Position numbers and translations under genes: made by a program. A DNA stretch of 64,000 bases, taken from NCBI GenBank assembly GCA_950097015.1, contig CATNEN010000002.1:8866001-8930000 (forward strand). The letters run 5' to 3'. This document shows positions 36,771-47,991 of this stretch, piece by piece. This DNA comes from Macrostomum hystrix. Taxonomy: Eukaryota > Animalia > Platyhelminthes. The notes beneath the pieces are model-generated. The model saw only the letters and a list, made by a program, of their open reading frames with translations. It was not told the origin of the DNA and made no database searches. Position 1 is the stretch's first letter; every line of letters starts with the position of its first letter.

Positions 36771-37592
36771 CGAGTTTCACCAGCTCGAATAAGGCCTTTT
36801 GTGAACTCGAAATTAAATATTTATTTATGTTTCTCCGGCTCTATCGATTTATAAAAGTCAAGTTTGCACTTTTAGCAGACTTGTGAGTTTTGTGTTTTAT
36901 TCAAAGCTTAATGCTTTTGTTAATTTTTCCGCCTGAAAAAGTCTGCTTTATTTGCCACAATAAATTTGCACCTTGAAGCTGCTAATGATTGTGGCGCAAT
37001 TTATCCTTGTTAACATGTTTTATCAATAAAAAACACTTTTATTCATTTGCAATGTTTTACTACATAACAACAGAACTCGGCAACTCGACATAGCCTTGGC
37101 CATCAGCGAAGTGTGCAAAGAAACACAGCAAGCCGATGCGTCCTGACCTCTCTTCACTTCTGATCACAGCCAATGGTGTGTGATGCTGCGATAGGCTCAA
37201 TTTTTACTGATTGCTGAATGCTAATTGAGTGCCACAGGTAGCTCGTATAACAATTCCGAGCTTTATTTGATTTGAAATTTCTAAGAAACTCGCAATGAAC
37301 TCGCGCTTTTCTATGCTAAAATTGCTTTCCACTTGTTTACGTGCTTCTTTGCCAAGCTTGCGGATAATTTTCTACGCATTCCATGCCTAAAAATATGTGA
37401 GGATTAAGAGTAGATGAAAGCGGCAGGTGATGAAAGGTAAGAGCTTATATGGAGAAACTTTAGAGGGTTTGCATGCTGCGAATAAACCGTTCATTGTGCA
37501 ACCAGTCAAAGCCGACAGACAATGACGTCATAGCATTTCAAAGAAAGCTTCTCTGAAACACCAGGTAAACACTAGACCATTTCTCTTAAGTC

Positions 37593-39068
37593 CTATTCTC
37601 TCAAAATCGCCCAAAGGCTGCTTCCTACAGCAGCAAGCAGCAGCATAGGCGGGAGCTGTATCAAGTCGCCTGCAGAGGACCTGGGCGACCCTTCATTACC
37701 AGGCAAGTCATTGTTCTGGCAGCTACCCATCACTACGTAAAAATCAGCCATTGAAGGCTGCTGCGCCAGGAAATCCTCCACGATCTTCAGGGCCACATCG
37801 GGCCTGTCAGTCGGCACGGAGTGCCCGGCGCCGAGCACCGTCAGGTGGCGGATGCGGCCGTCCAGGAAATATCTCTTGACGCCGCCAACCTGCAGCCCAA
37901 AGCCGGGCTTGTCGAGGCAGTAGAGCCAGACGGACTCCAAGTCCAGTGGCAGCCGCTGCAGCAGCTGCAGGTTGACGCCCACGGGGAACAGATAATCCAG
38001 TGTGCCGTGGTACATCAGCACCGACACATTCAGCTCAGCGAGGCTGACAAGTTCGTCAAGAACGTCTCGCTTCAACTGCTGGTAAGCTTTATGGGTGTGC
38101 CTGTCGCAAATGGTGAACTCTGGAGAGACCGAGTCGGCCACGCCGAGGGCAGCGCGAGCCTGACGGTCATTCAGGTAGCTGACTAAAGCGGTGGTGTTCA
38201 CGCAGGGGTAGCCACTACTGGCCGCGATATCAAAGCACGGCTGCGCTATGTTGTACGGGTTCAGAGTCCTCATGCCGCCTCCCTGCGGATTTGGTTGGCT
38301 TCTACTGGCGTTCTAGTTCGAAGCTCGGCTCGTAGATAAGCAACTTCTCACCTGAACACTCACACTGTAGATGCTGGAGTTGCCGAGGCTAGCACCCATC
38401 GCGTCGGTGAGAATCATGCGGGCCGCTTGGAATTGCGAGAAGCTGTACGGTACGTGCAGGCCGTTGCCCACCGCGATGCCCGTCAGGTTGATGAGCTGCG
38501 GATGGCGGCCGCTGCTCACGATGGCGGAGGCAAGCAGCGGGATGTAGATGCCCGCGTAGCTCTCGCCCGCGATGTAGAAGGGCCGGCCTCGGTACTCGGG
38601 AAAAAGGCTGTAGAAGTGTAGCAGCGCTGCCAGGTTGAGCTGCGTGGTGACATTGTCATTGAGCACGGACTTGTCGACGGGTCCGGGCTCGCTCAGGCCG
38701 ACGCCGCTGGGCGAGTCGATGTACAGCACGTTGGCCAGCCGGTTCCACGCGAACTCGTTGCGGTCCAGCTCGGCGCGGTCGTTGGCCAGGAACGGACCGT
38801 TCGTCATTAGCAGGCCGCCCACCGAGGAGCAGCCGGGACCGCCGTTCATCCACAGCAAGAGCGGCGCCAAAGACGGAGGCGCGTGGGAGCTCTCGACCAG
38901 CCAGTAGAAGAGGCGCCGGTTGTCGGTGGAGTTGAGGTAGCCGGAGTACTGGTGGAAGCTCGGCTGGAAGTTGAGCCTCGGCAGCGACTCGACGCGGCGT
39001 CTCTGGCAGTCGGAGAGTGCCAGCAGGCAGCAGAGGCAGAGCGCCAGGCTCGGCAGGGCGGCGGACAT
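37593..39068 (-). CDS. Serine carboxypeptidase (peptidase S10, cathepsin A-like) copy A (exons 38352..39068, 37593..38282)
   Basis: Signal peptide, QYSGYL, WMNGGPGCSS, catalytic GESYAG (Ser), HGTLD (Asp), GAGHSVP (His); 69-nt phase-0 intron; hydrophobic C-terminal tail. Confidence 0.92.
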
Positions 39069-39780
39069 TGCAGCTGATCTCTAATCGCAATTCGGCAGCT
39101 TGGGTCAGCACTTTTTACTTCTTATTCACAGGCCTGGCTGCTGCACCTTATTGGTTTGGTTCGATGGCCGACTAAGATAACATGTGGCCAGGGGAGGGGA
39201 AACTCCCAGACTCGCCCCAGAGTGATCTGGCTCGCCCCTGTTTCAAGGGTAAAACGTACTTGCAAGAGCCAGTAACTGCGTGTCGTCCGCTGGCATTTGC
39301 GCATTTCCTTAGCTTGCAGTTTTAATGAAAATTCGCTGATCCTCCATAGAACTGTGCGCCCCATTTTTGTGGCACGGCTAACAAAAAAATTTCCGATGCT
39401 TCGCTCGCTTTTTGTGGTCTTTATTCTGCCTGGCTTGAAACAGTTTTTCAGTGTTAACATCCCTCGAAGCATTCCACGGCTTGCTGCTTTGAGATCTCAA
39501 AATGTGTGGCATTTTACAAAAGACGGTTTTATTTACTTAAACGAAAACTCAATGAGGATGTCACACTAAGCTCCTGTCGCCGACATCATAGAATCCGTTA
39601 TACTCGTATAAGAGCGTTACAATGACTAAAAGCAAGTTTAATATAGAATGATAGCTGCAGATAGCACTTCGAGTGGATATTTACGGTCAAGACACAGCTG
39701 ATTCTTAATTACAACAAAAAATGTCTGCATCCACCCTGGACCACCCAGGCTGGCCCCGCTCTGAGTTAGAAACGGGGGCG

Positions 39781-42700
39781 CTACAGCAAAATCGTCAGGA
39801 TCGCGGAGGCGGCACTTGCCGCTACGGCCACCAGCCAAGCAGCCGAGGAGCTTCCACCGGCGCTGAGAGACCGCGGCACTGACGAGCAGTTCGGCAGTCC
39901 AGCACGCGGCCACGCTAGAAAATCCTGCAGGATGCGCAGCCCGATCTCAGGTCGGTCTGTCGGCACCGTGTGTCCAGCACCGATCACCGTCCGATGGCGA
40001 ATTCTACCACGCCTGTACGAGGTCTCGACGCCACCAATTTGCAGCCCGTAGCCGGGCCTGTCCAGACAGTAGAACCAGGCCGCTTGCCCTGCCGTGGCAT
40101 CAGGTAGCAGCCGCTCCAGAAGCTTCAAGGTGATGCCGACAGGCAGCAGAAAATCCAGTGTGCCGTGATACAACATCACTGACACGTTTTTGTCCGCCAG
40201 GCTGACAAACTCGTCCAAGACATCGCGCTCCGTCTTACTGTAGGCAATATTGATGCTACCTGGGCAGACAACGTAATTAGTTGATATAGAAGCACTGACG
40301 CCAAGCGCGCTAAGCACATTTGGGTCGTTCATGTAGCTGACCAGTCCAGTAGTGTTCAGGCACACATAGCCGTCTTTTTCTCCTTCGTGGTAGCAGGCGT
40401 GCGCAATGTTGTACGGGTTCAGGTCGTAGTTGCGGCTGGTCTGTGGTATACGAGATTTGGTTGCAGTTAAACAAATAGAATGCGTCTTTAAAGGCGAATG
40501 TGCAAGTTGAATGACCACCGGATTTTTATCAAATCGCGATAAAAATGCAGAAAACAGGCCCAAATTTTCTACTTTTTCTGATTTAAACAACTTCCAGAAT
40601 CATAATGCATCGGTATCGTCGCTGGACTGGTGAGACGTCTGGTGAGATGGCTTCGAAAGTTAGTTCATCGTAAAGGGCGAAAATGTTGATTCACATCCTG
40701 TACTTTCATGATAATCGGTCATTCGGTTTTCGGAGCTATTGTAGGCAGTGGGTATTTGAAATACCCCCAGGGGGGAATAGTGTGGTCTTTCCCCAGGGGG
40801 GGAATAGTGTGGTCTTTCCCCAGGGGGGGGAATAGTGTGGTCTTTCCCCAGGGCGGGAATAGTGTGGTCTTTCCCCAGGGCGGGAATAGTGTGGTCTTTC
40901 CCCAGGGCGGGAATAGTGTGGTCTTTCCCCAGGGCGGGAATAGTGTGGTCTTTCCCCAGGGCGGGAATAGTGTGGTCTTTCCCCAGGGGGGAATAGTATT
41001 GTAAACTAGGTCAGAAGGCGAGACTTGCGCGAGAACCGAGAAACACGAGGTGACTAAAGCCTCAAGTGAGCGACTTTATATTTGGCTATGTACACCAGAG
41101 AATGTACATCGCATTGCACAATTTACGAAGCCAACTTACGACGCGATGCGAGAATGAATCACCGCACACCTTACATCACTCCATCCCTAAATTGAGGACA
41201 TTAAAAACAGAAAAAAAATAAACAAATATTTTAGGCAGCTTAAAATGATGCACTACAAGCTTTATAAGAACAAACAAATAGTTAGCAGCTCAAAATTGCG
41301 CGACAAAAAAATCTGGCTGCCTCCGAGTCCGATTCGAGCGTCTGGGCCCAGCAGGCGCCGGTTCGTCCAGCAGCTCCTGCCAGGTCTCACGCGGGTCGGC
41401 AGCCGGACTGGGCGGCCGGTCGCTCTCTGCAGCGGGTGGGTCGGCGGCGGGCTGCGGGACAGCGGGTTGCGGCCGCCTCGCCACGAACGCCTTCAGCCGG
41501 TCGTGGTGCACCACCGAGCTCCGCCTCCGCCCGGTGGGCTTGGAGATCCGGTAGGTGACTGGGCCCAGCTTCTCGAGCACTCGGTACGGCCCCAACCACC
41601 GCCGGCGGAGCGCCTTGGACTGGCCCTTCTGCACCGCCGGGTTGTTGAGCATCACCAGCTGGCCGACTTGGAACGGAGTGAAGTGCTGGCGCTTGTCGTA
41701 CTGCTGCTTCCGCGACCGCTGCGTCGACTGCAGGCGCTGCCGCACTAGCTGCAGGCCGGCGCGGGCGTCCGCCAGCGCGTCCGTGACGACCGGCCTCTCA
41801 CCGGCGGCGGGCAGGCTGAGCTCGGCTGGGATCCGGGGGTCGCGGCCGTGCAGCACCGCGTATGGTGACCGCTTGGTGGTGCTGTGGACCGACGAGTTGT
41901 ACGCCCAGATGACGTACGGCAGGAAAGCCGCCCACCTGTCCTGCTGCTCCATGCAGTAGGCCGCCAGCATGTCGCCCAGAGTCCGGTTGAATCGCTCGAC
42001 CACCGGATTGCCGCTGGGGTGGAATGGTGTCGTCCTGGTCTTTCGAATGTCGAGCAGCCGGCACAGCTCCTGGAAGACGTCGCTTTCGAACTGGCGACCT
42101 TGATCGGAGTGGATGACCTTGGGCGACCCGTGACGGAGGACGACGCTGCGCAGCATGGCTTCAGCGACCGTGCGAGTCTCGATGTTGGTCGCTGGGGCCG
42201 CTTCGACCCACTTGGAGAACACGTCGGTGAAGCAGATGATGTACTTCTGACCGGTCTCTGTGGCCGGCAGCGGTCCTTTGATGTCCACCTGCACCATCTC
42301 CCAGGGAGTTGACGGCACGGTGTTGTCCTGCAGCGGCGCCCTTTGGTGCTGGTGCGGTACCTTGCGACGCTGGCACACCTCGCAGCTGCTCACCCAGTGC
42401 TGGACGTCGTCCTTCAGGCCGGGCCACCAGGCTCTGTTGACGACCCTCGCTAGCGTCCTGTCCAGTCCGAGGTGCCCGCTTGCCGGGTCGTCGTGCAGCT
42501 GCCTCAGAAGCTCCTGGCGAAGCTGCAGCGGAATGACGGGGAAGCCGTTTCTCCTGATGACGCCGTCCTCGCCAAGCTCCAGGTTCTCCGACCTCACCAG
42601 GCTCTCTGCGTCGTCTGCGGCCTTGCCTCGCCGGGGCCTCCGTCCGATGAGCACCTGGCGAGCCGCTGCCAGCACCGGGTCATCGGCCTGCGCCGCGCTG

Positions 42701-45700
42701 ATTTCCTCGTCCGACCAGGCGGGTGTCAGCCGGGTCGCCGCCGCCCGGCTCAGCGCGTCCGCCACCACGTTCTCGCGACCAGGCCTGAAGAGCAGCTTGA
42801 AATTGATCTCCTGCAGGAGCGTGATCCACCTGGCCAGGCGACCTTCGGGTTCCTTGGTGTTCAGCAGCCCTTGCAGCGGCTTGTGGTCGGAGAAGACGAG
42901 AATTTCGCCGGCGGACGCCAAGTAGTTCCGGAAGTGCTTCATGGCCCACACGACCGCCAGAAGCTCTCTGTGGGTGGTCGAGTAATTGCGCTCTGCCTTA
43001 TTCAGGACTCTCGACGCGTAGGCGACCGGGCATTCGACGCCTTCGTGGAGCTGGCTGAGGACTCCTGCGATGGCCACGCCGCTGCTGTCGCAGCACAGCC
43101 GGAATCCCTTGGAGAAATCCGGCAGCTTCAGCACTGGGGGTGCCGACAGCGCCGACTTCAGCTCGCGCAGGGCTGCCTCGCACTCTGCCGTCCACCGAAA
43201 CTGCCGACTTTTCTGAGTCGCCTGGTGCAGCGGATTCGCAATGCTGGCGAAGTGCGGCACGAACCGCCGGTAGAAGCCCAGCATGCCGACGAGCCGGCGA
43301 ACGTCCTCAGCGCACTCGGGCGTCGGGATGGACTGGATGGCGCTGACCTTGTCCTGGGTTGGCTGGATCCCATCGGCCGAAATCTTGTGCCCCAGGTACT
43401 CGACCTCCTGGAAGCAGAAGCAGCTCTTGCGCTTGTTCAGCTTGAGGCCCGCCGACTGCAGCCTTCCCAGGACTTCCTTCAGCGTCTGCGCGTGCTGCTC
43501 GAACGTCGTGCTGAACAGGATCAGGTCGTCCATGTAGGTGAGCACCTCCGTCCAGTTCAGGCCCGCCATCGTCAAGTCCATCAGGCGCTGGAAGGTCGCC
43601 GGGGCGTTGCAGAGGCCGAAGCCGAGCTTCCTGTACTGCATCAGGCCTTGCGTGGTGTAGAAGGCGGTCTTCTCCCGGTCCTGCTCGCGCAGCTCGACCT
43701 GCAGGAACCCTTGGCGGAGATCGAGCGTGCTGAACCAGCTGCTGCCAGTGAGCGCGTCCAGAGCGACAGACAGCGGCGGCAGCGGGTAGGCGTCCTTCAC
43801 GGTGCACGAGTTGAGGGCCCTCCAGTCGGTGCAGATGCGGATTTCGTTGTTTTTCTTGCGCACCACCAGCAGATTGCTCGCCCACGGACTGCATGACGGT
43901 TCGATGATCCCGTGACGCAGCATCTCGCTGATCTTGTCGTCCACCTGCTGTCTGAAGTTCAGTGGCACTGTCCGCTGCCTGTGCTTGATGGGGCGGCTGC
44001 CGGGTTCCAGGTTGATCTCGTGCTGCAGTAGGTGCGTGGTCCCCAGGTCGAACTCGTGACTGGCGAATGCCAGCTCATGCTGGTTCAGCAGGGCTTCGAT
44101 GACCTCGCGCTGCGACCGGCTCAGCTCCGGGTTGATGTTGAAGCCGGCCTCCTCCGCAGCTTCACCGTCGGGCCCGTGAGGCTCGGCAGCGTCGAAGTTG
44201 CCGATGGCCTGATTCTGGTAGAGCACCACCGGGTCGGCGCTCAGGTTGCAGACTCCCACCGGCAGGTTGCCGTCCGCGCTGGAGACCACCAGAGCCCGGT
44301 TCGGCAGCAGGCCGGTCTTGTCGACGAAGTCAGAGCTGGGCTCGAACAGACCCTGCTCAACGTACGATGCCACCTTGACCGGGATGATGACGCGGCTGCG
44401 GGCTGGGATGGACACGGTGCTGGCGACTCTGGCGACCACGGCGGTGGGCACCACCCGGCAGGCCGGCATGGAGTTCCTGTCTGGCAGGACTGGGATCCTG
44501 GTTGACCCCAGCAGGACAGAAGACGACATGAGATCCACGCTGAAGGTTGAGCACATCTTGCTGATGGCGTCCATGCCGAGCACGCATTCCGGCTGAATGT
44601 CGGCGACCACCGTCACCGGGTGCTCCATGGGCGGCAGTCCGCCCAGCTGAATGGCCAGCGTTGCGCATGCCGGAGACTCCAAGCGTCGACCATCGATCCC
44701 GACCGGAGTGCTGAGAGGCGGATGAAGCTGAGCTGCGACTCCCAGAGCTCGAAACTGGGCAGCTGATACGAGCGTCACCTGCGCGCCCGTGTCGAACAGC
44801 CACCTGCAGGGCCGGCCTGCGATGCTGCCGGGCAGGAAGAGCGAAGCGGTTTGGGCCTTGCTAGGCAGGGCTGGTGATGGCCCACGGTCACCAGTCCTCA
44901 GAAGTTTCCCGAGGCCGGGGTCGGGCAGACCTCGGCCCGGTGCCCTTTGCCTGAGCAGCGGCTGCACACGGGCGGCACGGCTGGCGCGGCCTGCCTGGGG
45001 CACTGGGCCGCGAAATGGCCGGGCTGAGCGCAGTTGAAGCATTTCCCGCGACCGCTGCCTCTCCCCCGAGCTCCTCTTCCTCGCGCACCGCGCTGTCCAC
45101 GGCTGCTGATGGTGGCGACTGTCGCAGCCAGGTCCGCCAGCTGCTCCTGCATCTGCTCCAGCCGGTCCACCACTTGGCTGCTCACCGATGTTACCGCGAT
45201 GCTTGCAGAGGCGCCTCTGCCGCCGATGCTCTCAAGAGCCGTGGCGCGGTCCGCCAGCTGCTCCGGGCTGCTGCTGCTGCAGTCAGCGTCTTTCAGCAAC
45301 GCTTCGCGAATCTCCTTCGACAGCAGAGCCAGCAGTCGGTGTCGCACTTCGCAGTCTCTCACCGTCTGATCGTGGTCAGGGCGTGCCTTCCGGTACAGGA
45401 GCTTGAGAGCGTGGCACAGCTCCCTCAGCGACTCTCCTTGGTGTCGCTTCCGGCTCTCGAACTCCGACATGGCGCAGAACGAGTTCTCCTTGCCACGGTA
45501 GAACTTGACCAGCTCGTCCTTGATGGTCGCGAAGCTCTTCTTCTTCTCCTCCGGCAGGTCCCACACGAAGACGAGCGCCTCGCCAGATAAGAGCAGCCGG
45601 ATTTTCGATGCCATCTTTTTGTCGTCCCACTCGGAATCCGTGGCGAAGTCCTCAAACATTTGCAGCCACATGTTGATGTCGGCATCGTCTGAGCCGGAAA

Positions 45701-47991
45701 ACTTGGGTGGCAAAAGTGCATTGGCGTGCGCCATGAGTGAGTGGGCCGACTTGAGATAGAGACCGCTGCCACCAATGTAAACTAGGTCAGAAGGCGAGAC
45801 TTGCGCGAGAACCGAGAAACACGAGGTGACTAAAGCCTCAAGTGAGCGACTTTATATTTGGCTATGTACACCAGAGAATGTACATCGCATTGCACAATTT
45901 ACGAAGCCAACTTACGACGCGATGCGAGAATGAATCACCGCACACCTTACAGTATGGTCTTTCCCCAGGAGGGAATAGTGTGGTCTTTCCCCAGGGGGGA
46001 ATAGTGTGGTCTTTCCCCAGGGCGGGAATAGTGTGGTCTTTCCCCAGGGCGGGAATAGTGTGGTCTTTCCCCAGGGCGGGAATAGTGTGGTCTTTCCCCA
46101 GGGCGGGAATAGTGTGGTCTTTCCCCAGGAGGGAATAGTGTGGTCTTTCCCCAGGGCGGGAATAGTGTGGTCTTTCCCCAGGGCGGGAATAGTGTGGTCT
46201 TTCCCCAGGAGGGAATAGTGTGGTCTTTCCCCAGGGCGGGAATAGTGTGGTCTTTCCCCAGGGCGGGAATAGTGTGGTCTTTCCCCAGGGCGGGAATAGT
46301 GTGGTCTTTCCCCAGGAGGGAATAGTGTGGTCTTTCCCCAGGGCGGGAATAGTGTGGTCTTTCCCCAGGGGGGGAATAGTGTGGTCTTTCCCCAGGGCGG
46401 GAATAGTGTGGTCTTTCCCCAGGGCGGGAATAGTGTGGTCTTTCCCCAGGGCGGGAATAGTGTGGTCTTTCCCCAGGGGGGGAATAGTGTGGTCTTTCCC
46501 CAGGGGGGATAGTGTGGTCTTTCTACTGTTTATTTAAGAAAAAATGCAAGTATTGCTGATTAACGACTTAATCAAAAATCAAATTTCATCCAATCGTTTG
46601 AAGTTTCATCAAAAAGTTCGGCCAGAGATGCCGTAATGACCGATGTTTAGTGTCTGGATTTCATAAGGTACTGTATTCGGTCTATAGAAGTTGTTGTTCA
46701 GCTGCATATGCAACACGAAATATACACTGGCATCGCGTTTGTCCTCTTATGGGTACCGGCAAGACATTTGGCGACAGTGGACCCGCAGCCAGCAAGGGAG
46801 GTAATTCTGCCAATTTCGCTAACATGCACAGGCACTGTACATAGCACAACAAGCCCCTTAACCCTCTCCGCGGTTGCGCGCCGAATAAATGTGGCCTCGC
46901 CGCGAAATCGTGCTCACGGACCTCTGTGCGAGAGGCAAACGCGTTAACTGCCCGCCCCGTTGAAGTTCTTACTGATAGAATAATTTTAGCTATGGGTTCT
47001 ACATGTATATTATTTCTGTTTACTAAGAATTAAGAGCGTACTAAGAATTTACTAATTGCAAGTGAGGGTCAACCGCAAATGTGAGGTTTATTAGCTCGCA
47101 TATTCTGCGTCGTAACAGGTTTTCATTTTAATACCCAATTTAAACAACGGAAAAGTAATAGTCACTTGGTGTCAGTCATTCAGAAGTTGTTTCGTTTTTC
47201 CAGAATTTTGCTTCCGAATTTCACAGTGGCCGCGCAACTCGCTCCAAAAACTAAACTGAATGAAAATTAAATCTTACCCGATTCACCTTCATCACACTAA
47301 ACTGGTCGATGCTTGCACCCATGGCCTCGGTCAGCACTTTGCGCGAGCTAGCGAAATTTGTGTCATTGTACGGTACGTGCAGGCCGTTGCCCACCGCGAT
47401 GCCCGTCAGGTTGATGAGCTGCGGATGGCGGCCGCTGCTCACGATGGCGGAGGCAAGCAGCGGGATGTAGATGCCCGCGTAGCTCTCGCCCGCGATGTAG
47501 AAGGGCCGGCCTCGGTACTCGGGAAACAGGCTGTAGAAGTGTAGCAGCGCTGCCAGGTTGAGCTGCGTGGTGACATTGTCATTGAGCACGGACTTGTCGA
47601 CGGGTCCGGGCTCGCTCAGGCCGACGCCGCTTGGCGAGTCGATGTACAGCACGTTGGCCAGCCGGTTCCACGCGAACTCGTTGCGGTCCAGCTCGGCGCG
47701 GTCGTTGGCCAGGAACGGACCGTTCGTCATGAGCAGACCGCCAACAGAGGAGCAGCCGGGACCGCCGTTCATCCACAGCACGAGCGGCGCCGAAGACGGA
47801 GGCGCGTGGGAGCTCTCGACCAGCCAGTAGAAGAGGCGCCGGTTGTCGGTGGAGTTGAGGTAGCCGGAGTACTGGTGGAAGCTCGGCTGGAAGTTGAGCC
47901 TCGGCAGCGACTCGACGCGGCGTCTCTGGCAGTCGGAGAGCGCCAGCAGGCAGCAGAGGCAGAGCGCCAGGCTCGGCAGGGCGGCGGGCAT
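39781..47991 (-). CDS. Serine carboxypeptidase S10 copy B (exons 47287..47991, 39781..40440); the 6.8-kb intron holds a Gypsy element
   Basis: Same triad motifs (GESYAG, HGTLD, GAGHTVP); donor ATGAAG|GTGAAT at 47286 and acceptor CCACAG|ACC at 40441, phase 0. Confidence 0.88.
40766..40999. repeat. 27-28-bp minisatellite, left part (split by the LTR element)
   Basis: Unit gggaatagtgtggtctttccccaggg(c). Confidence 0.95.
41000..41175 (-). repeat. 3' LTR
   Basis: Identical to 45776..45951 on base-by-base reading; TG...CA ends. Confidence 0.97.
41176..41188 (-). other. Polypurine tract
   Basis: AGGGATGGAGTGA on - immediately before the 3' LTR. Confidence 0.7.
41290..44910 (-). CDS. pol: Pol polyprotein (protease, RT, RNase H, integrase), expressed in the -1 frame from gag
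   Basis: LFDTGA (PR), YMDD (RT), CDSSG...ELLA (RH), HDDPASGH...CEVC zinc finger, D-D-E core (QVDIKGP, HSDQG, VERFN) and GPY motif; uninterrupted ORF. Confidence 0.96.
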   Translation of the reverse strand, partial: GKLLRTGDRGPSPALPSKAQTASLFLPGSIAGRPCRWLFDTGAQVTLVSAAQFRALGVAAQLHPPLSTPVGIDGRRLESPACATLAIQLGGLPPMEHPVTVVADIQPECVLGMDAISKMCSTFSVDLMSSSVLLGSTRIPVLPDRNSMPACRVVPTAVVARVASTVSIPARSRVIIPVKVASYVEQGLFEPSSDFVDKTGLLPNRALVVSSADGNLPVGVCNLSADPVVLYQNQAIGNFDAAEPHGPDGEAAEEAGFNINPELSRSQREVIEALLNQHELAFASHEFDLGTTHLLQHEINLEPGSRPIKHRQRTVPLNFRQQVDDKISEMLRHGIIEPSCSPWASNLLVVRKKNNEIRICTDWRALNSCTVKDAYPLPPLSVALDALTGSSWFSTLDLRQGFLQVELREQDREKTAFYTTQGLMQYRKLGFGLCNAPATFQRLMDLTMAGLNWTEVLTYMDDLILFSTTFEQHAQTLKEVLGRLQSAGLKLNKRKSCFCFQEVEYLGHKISADGIQPTQDKVSAIQSIPTPECAEDVRRLVGMLGFYRRFVPHFASIANPLHQATQKSRQFRWTAECEAALRELKSALSAPPVLKLPDFSKGFRLCCDSSGVAIAGVLSQLHEGVECPVAYASRVLNKAERNYSTTHRELLAVVWAMKHFRNYLASAGEILVFSDHKPLQGLLNTKEPEGRLARWITLLQEINFKLLFRPGRENVVADALSRAAATRLTPAWSDEEISAAQADDPVLAAARQVLIGRRPRRGKAADDAESLVRSENLELGEDGVIRRNGFPVIPLQLRQELLRQLHDDPASGHLGLDRTLARVVNRAWWPGLKDDVQHWVSSCEVCQRRKVPHQHQRAPLQDNTVPSTPWEMVQVDIKGPLPATETGQKYIICFTDVFSKWVEAAPATNIETRTVAEAMLRSVVLRHGSPKVIHSDQGRQFESDVFQELCRLLDIRKTRTTPFHPSGNPVVERFNRTLGDMLAAYCMEQQDRWAAFLPYVIWAYNSSVHSTTKRSPYAVLHGRDPRIPAELSLPAAGERPVVTDALADARAGLQLVRQRLQSTQRSRKQQYDKRQHFTPFQVGQLVMLNNPAVQKGQSKALRRRWLGPYRVLEKLGPVTYRISKPTGRRRSSVVHHDRLKAFVARRPQPAVPQPAADPPAAESDRPPSPAADPRETWQELLDEPAPAGPRRSNRTRRQPDFFVAQF
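44852..44910 (-). promoter_or_regulatory. Programmed -1 ribosomal frameshift signal (slippery heptamer plus pseudoknot)
   Basis: G GGA AAC at 44910..44904 in the gag frame; stem 1 CUGGUGA/UCACCAG and stem 2 UGGGCC/GGCCCA. Confidence 0.8.
44898..45734 (-). CDS. gag: Gag with two CCHC zinc knuckles
   Basis: PPKFSG capsid-like start; CFNCAQPGHFAAQC and CSRCSGKGHRAEVC. Confidence 0.93.
   Translation of the reverse strand: MAHANALLPPKFSGSDDADINMWLQMFEDFATDSEWDDKKMASKIRLLLSGEALVFVWDLPEEKKKSFATIKDELVKFYRGKENSFCAMSEFESRKRHQGESLRELCHALKLLYRKARPDHDQTVRDCEVRHRLLALLSKEIREALLKDADCSSSSPEQLADRATALESIGGRGASASIAVTSVSSQVVDRLEQMQEQLADLAATVATISSRGQRGARGRGARGRGSGRGKCFNCAQPGHFAAQCPRQAAPAVPPVCSRCSGKGHRAEVCPTPASGNF
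45762..45774 (-). other. Primer-binding site, tRNA-Leu type
   Basis: TGGTGGCAGCGGT, 1 nt after the 5' LTR; complementary to the ACCGCUGCCACCA 3' end of eukaryotic tRNA-Leu(AAG/TAG). Confidence 0.8.
45776..45951 (-). repeat. 5' LTR
   Basis: Identical to 41000..41175. Confidence 0.97.
45952..46520. repeat. 27-28-bp minisatellite, right part
   Basis: Same unit as 40766..40999; resumes right after the TSD. Confidence 0.95.

Larger units (their letters stand above)
41000..45951 (-). mobile_element. Full-length, intact Ty3/Gypsy LTR retrotransposon
   Basis: Two identical 176-bp LTRs (TGTAA...TTACA), 4-bp TSD GTAT (40996..40999 and 45952..45955), PBS, PPT, gag and PR-RT-RH-IN pol. Confidence 0.98.

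Noticed and set aside
37593-39068. Six carboxypeptidase half-ORFs looking like split genes or pseudogenes
   Set aside because: Each pair is joined in frame by a canonical phase-0 intron and retains the Ser-Asp-His triad.
41176-41290. Possible env or extra ORF in the Gypsy element
   Set aside because: Only about 115 bp lie between the pol stop and the 3' LTR; there is no room for one.
42472-43896. 474-aa plus-strand ORF and other ORFs antisense to pol
   Set aside because: Shadow ORFs caused by the high GC3 of pol; no recognisable domain.
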